A DNA stretch of 64,000 nt from Hyphochytrium catenoides (Eukaryota; Protista; Hyphochytriomycota): the NCBI GenBank assembly GCA_900088475.1, contig FLMG01002125.1, forward strand, positions 40,359-104,358. Reading direction: 5' to 3'. Under the pieces are notes generated by a model. The model was not told the origin of the DNA. It searched no databases and saw only the letters and a list, made by a program, of their open reading frames with translations. This document shows positions 57,334 to 64,000 of this stretch, one piece after another (within the stretch, counting starts at the first letter, position 1; each line of letters starts with the position of its first letter). The translations under genes and the position numbers were made by a program.

Positions 57334-60300
57334 TCAGTTAAACAAGCTGTGTCTGTTACCCTTCCCGTGTCCATCAAGCATCGATCGGCGGCCATCGACA
57401 ATGTCACCATACACTCTACTGCCTCTCACCGATTGCCTTCCGCCTCCACTTGTATATCGGCCACCTGCTGCTGCTCCTCCTCCTCCTGCTCCATCATACT
57501 GTGGTGTAACAGGGTTGAACAGCATGGTGCCAGGCACATAAGCACCAGTAATATCAAGCTCAAAGTCTGAGCCTGTCCGAGATTGCCTCCCACCACCAGC
57601 CACTGGCAAGTCATGGACTGCGACTTGATGAGAGAGTCTTTCGCCTCCAATTTGCCCAGCATTGATGCTCGGTCTGCTGTAGATAAGAGGAGAAGGACGA
57701 CTCTGAGCTCCCAAAGGCGTGGTAGCGGCGGGGATTCGCCCTCCGGTAGTATAAGACAGCCTCCCCGTCGTACTTCCTGACATTCTGGATGTCCTCGAAT
57801 CCCTGCTTGTTCCTCCAAGAGACGGTCTTTGCATTTGAGAGGGACGAGGGTTGAGGGACATTCTTCCCATAACGGAGGCCCGATGAATGGCGGTATTCAG
57901 GGCCTGCTCCTTCAATCTCTTATTGCGGATACGAGTATATACCAGGAGGCCAAGGATAACGATCACCACCAAACCGCCAATGGAGACAGCCGTGTAAGTC
58001 ATCCAAGGCTTCCAGAAGCCTGAGTCACCTCCGGTGTCGTCAAGGATGGCTGTGGCCGTATAGACATCTGGAAGGCCTTCAGCTACTAGAGAATATGGCT
58101 GCACTGGTCCTGCATTGATCTTCGTTCCCGACACCTGGACAATAAAAGTTCGGCCGCCTTCTGGGCATGAATTAGACGCATTTCGGACCAGAACCACCTC
58201 TGCATTGTTAACCGTATCCTTGGTATTGTTGGTACCGACAGGGAAATACGTCTTGTTTTTCCCTCCAGGTAGCATCTCTATCACCAGCAGATCTAAATCA
58301 TTGACCAGCTGCAGGTTGCATCCTCCGGCCGCATTTCCTGAGGCAGGAGGATCATTCCACGCCAGCACCGCCTTGAAGGCCTGATTGCAGCTCACACCTT
58401 TGAACGTGTACTCATCAACTTGGCCAGACTTTACTTCGACGTTGTTATAGAGAGCATCCGCATTGTTAGGCACAAAGAAGGGAAACTTAGCACCGCTCTC
58501 CGTAGGCATAATGTTCTTTAAGTTGACAACGCCAAAACCTTGAATGTTATCTCCATAATAAAGTTGCTTGGCTTGAGAGCGTAGGGAGCTGCAGTTGGAC
58601 ACCTGCCCAGCGTCTGGAAGCCAAAGAATTAGGGGTGTAGCCGAGAAAATGAGAAGAGACTTGATGAGAAATGACGGAGGCTTCATCGCCAGCTTCTCGT
58701 TCGGTTGTCCGTTTCCATATCTTCCTTCAGTCAGCCACTGATAAAGTAAGACGCCTGCTCCAGCACAGCTCGGAGTACTTTGCGATGTCCCCTGGCTCGT
58801 ACAAGTCTCAGCAGTTATCGTCTTCTTAGCCAGAGCATCCTGATCTAGAGACTTCGCTGATTCAATGATGAACCCTGGGCAGATAATCTCCGGCCTTCTC
58901 CTACCATCCGGTGCGGGACCTCTTGAAGAGAAAGAAGCAAGATTCTTCTCATTGTACTCGGTGCAGGTCTGTGCCTTATAGTTGAAGGACTCATAGGTAG
59001 AGACTGAGGCTCCAACGGCTATGACGTTCTTGGACATTGCTGGAGACGTAGTCAGGCCTCCTTTGCAGTTGAACTTGATGCCCGGGTTTCTTAGTCCATC
59101 GCCGTTGTTCCCAACAGCCGTAAAGACGATGATGTCTGGAAATTTGGAGAGATAGGCATCAAACTGGCTGGCTTGTAGGTCGTACTCTCGAGACAATGTT
59201 CCCCAAGAAAAAGAGAAGACCCTGACACCTTTTGCATAGCTGGGCTCGAACAAATCTTCCATCTTAGACGGCACTTGGATGACTACTTCTCCATCCTTTT
59301 TGCCTCCTACGTCCATGATAATCATCTTGACACCAGGGGCAGTACCTACATCCGTAAAGGCCGGATTGGCACTGCTGCCGCCTAGTATACCGCAGACGTG
59401 GGTGCCATGGCCGCAGCCGTTATCCTTATCAGCTTCATCAACAGCATTGCCAGAGTACTTATGATACATCACGATCTTTCTCTGATTGGCGTCATACTCT
59501 GGTTGCATTGGGACAGTCTCGTTGTTCCGCGCTCGGAACTGCTCGTGGAAGAGATAAACTCCGGTATCGGCGCACATCGCAGTGATGCCTGATCCGTTGA
59601 GCCCATAGAGCTGCCTGATAGCGGTTACGCCTAAGATCTTGTTTGTGCCAGCGTCTAGCCGACGATGAGTTCTTCCTCTCCAAAGAGAAAGGGACCGCGA
59701 GGAAGAGGAAGGTGACAATCCTGCAGCTACTTCTTGAGAACTATAAGAAACGAGTCCCTGTGCCGGCATGTCTATCGAGAAGACCGGCCGCTCTTGGACG
59801 GCAAGAATCTCAGGCGTAGAACCAAAAAGATGAAGCAACTCTGTAAAGTACGCGGCATTGTGCAGTGGCTCCACATAGTACCTCCCTCGGTCTTCGAAGA
59901 GAAGGGAGGAGACGCCGAACTCTTCTCTAATCTGTCGTTCTAACTCCTTCCACACTCTCTCTATGGTCTCCTCCTCTTGCTTTTCGAAAAACAGCTCCAA
60001 GACAGGGAGTTCTTCTATTTGAGAGTTCTGAAGCTTCTCTAGAAGAGACGGGGATATTTTGAAAAGTGAGGGCTTAGGAAGAACGTAGGCAACCTCTGCC
60101 ATCTCTAGAAGCTGTTCCGTCTCGTCAGGAGAGAGAGGAACCTCATACAGACCTTCAGCAGTGGTCACCCATCGCAAGTTATAACTTCCTCCTACCAGCT
60201 TGGCTACTCTCTCCTGTACTTCCGAGGAAAGACGGCCTGCCTTGAAGCGAACATAGCTGGGAACACGGCCCGAGGACGCAGAAGAGAGAGGACCTGAAGA

Positions 60301-60843
60301 AGTCGGTGACTGCCCATCGAAGTTCCTAAAGCTAACGACGGATGAGGAGGCTCCCACCCTACATCCAGAAAGAATAGCCTCTTCTCCCTTTTGCAAGGCT
60401 TCAACCTTAGCCTTGATCAAAGCAGATGAGGAGAAAGTAAATGGACCTGTAGGATCCTTCCCGGCCAAGTCAATCTCTCCTTCCACGCCATTGCAAGTGA
60501 GAAAGGGCAGGGAAGATGAAGGTGAGAACAGAAGCCTTCTAGACAGCGAGGACGATGTTACCACGGGGCCATCGCACTCGCAATGCTCGCAGCCCAAACT
60601 TGATGCGGAGGAGCCTGGACCGCATTGCACATTGCAGTACGCGGAAAGAGATTCCCATTGCAGAGGAGAAGAATGGGAAGAGAAGAGAGAAGGGTCTATG
60701 TGCTCATGACCATTCTTTGCCCTGCATTGAACCAGGAGAGAGCGAAGACGGGAGCGCCCCCAGTTATCTTCCTCTTCCGAGAGAGCTGACGACACATCCA
60801 GAGCTAGTAGAAGGAGCACACTGCCTAAATGACTTATCCTCAT
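57334..60843 (-). CDS. Subtilisin-like S8 serine protease (KP-43/TagC-like), type I membrane protein, intronless
   Basis: Signal peptide, long prodomain, ADTG (Asp), HGTHVCG (His), FSWG, AVGNNG, SFSSRGPAPDGRRRPEI, GTSQSTP (Ser), LAWNDPP...LVNDLDL...NNAEVV beta-domain, TM (AVSIGGLVVIVILGLLVY), ~195-aa low-complexity tail. Confidence 0.92.
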   Translation of the reverse strand: MRISHLGSVLLLLALDVSSALSEEEDNWGRSRLRSLLVQCRAKNGHEHIDPSLFSSHSSPLQWESLSAYCNVQCGPGSSASSLGCEHCECDGPVVTSSSLSRRLLFSPSSSLPFLTCNGVEGEIDLAGKDPTGPFTFSSSALIKAKVEALQKGEEAILSGCRVGASSSVVSFRNFDGQSPTSSGPLSSASSGRVPSYVRFKAGRLSSEVQERVAKLVGGSYNLRWVTTAEGLYEVPLSPDETEQLLEMAEVAYVLPKPSLFKISPSLLEKLQNSQIEELPVLELFFEKQEEETIERVWKELERQIREEFGVSSLLFEDRGRYYVEPLHNAAYFTELLHLFGSTPEILAVQERPVFSIDMPAQGLVSYSSQEVAAGLSPSSSSRSLSLWRGRTHRRLDAGTNKILGVTAIRQLYGLNGSGITAMCADTGVYLFHEQFRARNNETVPMQPEYDANQRKIVMYHKYSGNAVDEADKDNGCGHGTHVCGILGGSSANPAFTDVGTAPGVKMIIMDVGGKKDGEVVIQVPSKMEDLFEPSYAKGVRVFSFSWGTLSREYDLQASQFDAYLSKFPDIIVFTAVGNNGDGLRNPGIKFNCKGGLTTSPAMSKNVIAVGASVSTYESFNYKAQTCTEYNEKNLASFSSRGPAPDGRRRPEIICPGFIIESAKSLDQDALAKKTITAETCTSQGTSQSTPSCAGAGVLLYQWLTEGRYGNGQPNEKLAMKPPSFLIKSLLIFSATPLILWLPDAGQVSNCSSLRSQAKQLYYGDNIQGFGVVNLKNIMPTESGAKFPFFVPNNADALYNNVEVKSGQVDEYTFKGVSCNQAFKAVLAWNDPPASGNAAGGCNLQLVNDLDLLVIEMLPGGKNKTYFPVGTNNTKDTVNNAEVVLVRNASNSCPEGGRTFIVQVSGTKINAGPVQPYSLVAEGLPDVYTATAILDDTGGDSGFWKPWMTYTAVSIGGLVVIVILGLLVYTRIRNKRLKEQALNTAIHRASVMGRMSLNPRPSQMQRPSLGGTSRDSRTSRMSGSTTGRLSYTTGGRIPAATTPLGAQSRPSPLIYSRPSINAGQIGGERLSHQVAVHDLPVAGGGRQSRTGSDFELDITGAYVPGTMLFNPVTPQYDGAGGGGAAAGGRYTSGGGRQSVRGSRVYGDIVDGRRSMLDGHGKGNRHSLFN

Positions 60844-60985
60844 CACTACAGACGCCTCAGGCTAATTGCCCTAGAACGAAGCACGATCAGTTCGGAGACA
60901 TTAGCAAGTATCCCAGATGTCCGTGCATGACGGGGAAGGGAGCCATCATAGATCTACAGGGATGATGAGGCCAAGAGAAAGAACG

Positions 60986-60987
<2 letters not shown>

Positions 60988-61025
<38 letters not shown>
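60988..61025. repeat. (GA)n microsatellite
   Basis: Perfect AG run upstream of the subtilase start. Confidence 0.95.
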
Positions 61026-61028
<3 letters not shown>

Positions 61029-61894
61029 GGTAAAAGATATAGTCGGACTGTAAAGCTCACAGCTTCAGAAGAGACTAACGAGTTGGCTTTCTAGCACGAG
61101 TTGAACCGACTTGAAGAGGAAATTAACGATAGACGCGAGCTGCCACAGCAGGAGCAAGAGCCAGCGGGAAAAGAGGCTGAGCTTAGATTGGCCCAAGTAT
61201 GACAGTGTAGTCGCTCACCTTGGAACTATGCAGTGCCTCATCCACAGCTAACGGAAGTGCTATCGGGGTATCATCAAGACGCAAAGCAAATATAGAAAGC
61301 CTTTCTTCGCAAGATTAAAGAAAGCTGCGAGAAAATTGCGAGAAGCAAACTCGGAAAGGACGAGCAGTAGGAGTGCCCAGCGAAAAGCAGATAGCAGCGG
61401 ATAGAGCTCCGGGCCTCAGAAATCTACAGCTGCAAAACTGACGTGAGGCTTCAAAAATGGAACCCGATCAAACAGCTGGTGAGGCGTGGCCTTCGATATC
61501 GCTTGACGACAGGGAAAGAGAGACGCTACCGATGGAGGGCTGCCAGCACGGGGATCAGTCACTGTGGCTCCAGGGAGTGAATTCCAGATGCCAGATAGAG
61601 GTCAGAAGAAAGAAGCTTGTGGAGCATGTCCGACTGCGCGGTGAAGAGAGCGCGAGCAATGATGCGGCAGAAAATTGCTGAGGCCTTGTACAAATATTGT
61701 ATGTCGAGTGATGGCAAGACGCGAAAGAGACAGAGCGAGAGATGTGGAGAGGAGAGATGGCGAGAGATAGGGCGTCATGACTGTGGAAGCGAGGAAGAGC
61801 TCTGAGACACGAGAGAAAGAACCAGAGAGGTGAGAAAGAGAGAGACCAAGAGAGACAGCGCAAGAGAGAAATGAGACTGGGAAGACAGATAGAG

Positions 61895-61940
61895 GGAAAA
61901 GGAGAGAGAGAAAGAGAGAGAGAGAGAAAGAGAAGTGGGG

Positions 61941-61992
<52 letters not shown>

Positions 61993-62005
61993 AAGAGAGA
62001 GAGAC
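61895..62005. repeat. (GA)n-rich microsatellite
   Basis: Interrupted GA run. Confidence 0.9.
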
Positions 62006-64000
62006 TCTCAGCTCTCAACGCTACATGAGTCGGACATCGCTGTCTGACGAACTCCTTTCCTCCTCTTTCCCACCCGCACTGGTCATGTCCCAAATCGTTA
62101 TACGTATATTCCAAATAGACGGCGATATTGCGTCCTTTATCCAAATGGTCACAGCAAGTTGAGGTTATTGCCCCAATGGGTAATTTCTGTGGGTCACTTC
62201 AGATGGTGCGCCGACCTCTAGCCTCCAGAGAGAGGCACAGAGGAGGGAGAGATGTGGCGAGGAAGAGATGTGTCGTTACGAGATAAAGAGTGCGTACGGT
62301 TGAGAGACAGAGTATATTTCTCTGTTACTCTTAGAGTGATGAGAGATAGCACCATGTTGGTGCACAGAGATATGAGATGAAAGAGACAGAAGGTTGTTTG
62401 AGAGTGTGAAGAGGTGGTGGTGGGGTTTGTGGAAAGAAAGAAACAAAACAATTCATGAAATATTTATAAACAGAGGTCACATTTTCAAATGTAGCTGCAT
62501 GCGACAAACTGAAAAGCCTCTCATCCGAAATATTTCGTTGGCCATTTTGTGGCTCTTGTTGTGTACGTAGACAGTGTTTTTTGGCCCACCATTGTGCAGC
62601 TTGGAAGCAGGGAGATGAAAGGAGCGAGGGGGAGAGAAGAGATAATAGGAAAGCCCCCAAGAGAGCCAGAGACAAAAGAGCAGAGGGAGCGGAAGACAGT
62701 GTGAGAGGAAGGAGCTTGGATGAGAATGAGAGAGGGGAGAGAGAAAGTATCCTCCTAGATAAGTGGATGAACACAATGTGATGAAACACCTTCATTTCTA
62801 TTTTAGAAAACTTCCTATCTTTATAAGGCTTATGAGAACTATACTGACACTGGTTATTCATTACAAGGAGTAAAATTAACCTTGACTGTACAGTACTTGG
62901 ATAATTCTCTCTCTCAAGTTCTAGTACCTGTACCGGGCATTTTATAAAAGTCGGCCAAACTGAGATTTTGTTACAAATCGACACCCAAAGGGGGGGGAGA
63001 AATTTGTGATCACAATTGTGAAGGTCGACTTTCTAGGAAAGAACAAATGTACTACTTACTGTATGGGGAATTTGTACTGTAAGGTTTCGACCCTTTATAG
63101 TTGGGGCATTCCAGAATACAGGAGGATAGACCAACATTTATCCCTTTTCAGGATGAAATCCGTGCTGGTTGTCGAAACGTTATAAATGCTGATCATGTGG
63201 GAGTTGCTTCATCGGTACGGCCTGAGTCATTGCAAAACGTCAGAGTGGCATGCTGATGTGGTATCTGTCCAGGAGGGTAAATGAACCTGTACGCATAAGT
63301 AGCCTATATCCAGGAATTCAAGTTTCGCAACCTCACTAATAAACTGACGGGCTAACTCCAATGAGAGAGGTCCCTGTGTCAGCTCCTGTGTCATTCCTGT
63401 AACATTATCTTGAGCATCCTTAGGAATGGGTCTATGCCGATTTTGAAGAGCTGGCCATGAAAGATGGGCCAAAGCAAAGTGAAGCTCAAATTCATAGTGT
63501 TTTCCTTGTTATGTTAATGATTTTGTCTGTGCTTTCTAAGGCCCTACATCGTCCATAGAGATGCCAATAAGATTTCAGTGTGGTTGGTTGTTGGATGAGG
63601 GATTAGCAGTCACAACACGACGTTTCCACCTGAATCTCAAAAAAGGGTGAGCGGCGATTGCTACGTTCTACATGTTGAAGCTCATAGCTAAAGTGGGAGG
63701 ATTCCGCCGTCAGAGTAAGGAGAGTAGAGACTGCGCCAGAGGCTGTTTTGGCATTAACTTAGCAGTCTTTTCAGTCTTCTCTTCTCTCTTTTTCTTCTCT
63801 TCTGCGGCGGTGGTGCTAATCAGCGTCATCGTCGTGTTCAAGACCTTCTGTTTCATGCTTTTCGGGACTCTGGCATCAAAGTCTCTCGTGAACCTCGTCA
63901 TCTCCTTCCAGGGTCAAATCTAAAACCGGGAGACCTGCTGCTTCGTGGCTTCTCGGACTCTTATCAACATACGGCTTTCGATGTGTCCATCACGGACTCG

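Noticed and set aside
62470-62620. hAT dimerisation-like fragment (QWWAKKH...DERLFS) on the minus strand
   Set aside because: Spacing is atypical and no other transposase motifs are nearby; too weak to call.
61450-64000. Possible gene or TE in the final 2.5 kb
   Set aside because: Short ORFs are driven by GA repeats or have no recognisable domain; no consistent exon chain found.
1-64000. U6/7SK snRNA, rRNA, spliced leader, telomeric arrays, Fanzor/TnpB or giant-virus genes
   Set aside because: No diagnostic motifs found by eye. An Infernal/HMM scan would be needed to exclude divergent copies.

Overview
This is a eukaryotic, ~50% GC, gene-dense scaffold with short GT-AG introns and three N gaps. 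Gene content (Sig1/mastigoneme-type EGF protein, SPX-MFS, RRL-type secretory motifs) suggests a stramenopile-like protist (inference). Left block (0.4-13.4 kb): two tandem intronless membrane-anchored PAF-acetylhydrolase-like hydrolases of bacterial appearance, a DUF1769 protein, a spliced SDR and a spliced SPX-MFS phosphate transporter. Central block (~13.5-30.2 kb): decayed transposon debris (clear Ty1/copia remnant, possible gypsy and LINE remnants, a degenerate ~54-bp repeat array) around one intronless G-patch CMTR1 cap methyltransferase whose frame is split by a single in-frame TAG. Right block (30.3-60.8 kb): large coiled-coil protein, MEPCE/Bin3, HAT/TPR protein, Sig1/mastigoneme-like EGF protein head-to-head with meiotic HOP2 across a canonical E2F palindrome, AP-3 mu, and an intronless type-I membrane subtilase with an atypical GTSQS active site and a tail containing 16 R-x-S motifs. 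No tRNA, rRNA, CRISPR or intact transposase was seen. I cannot demonstrate a new system. The best leads are the EGF/HOP2 divergent pair, the interrupted CMTR1, the receptor-like subtilase and the 54-bp array. Exon structures were read by eye and family calls come from remembered motifs, not database searches.
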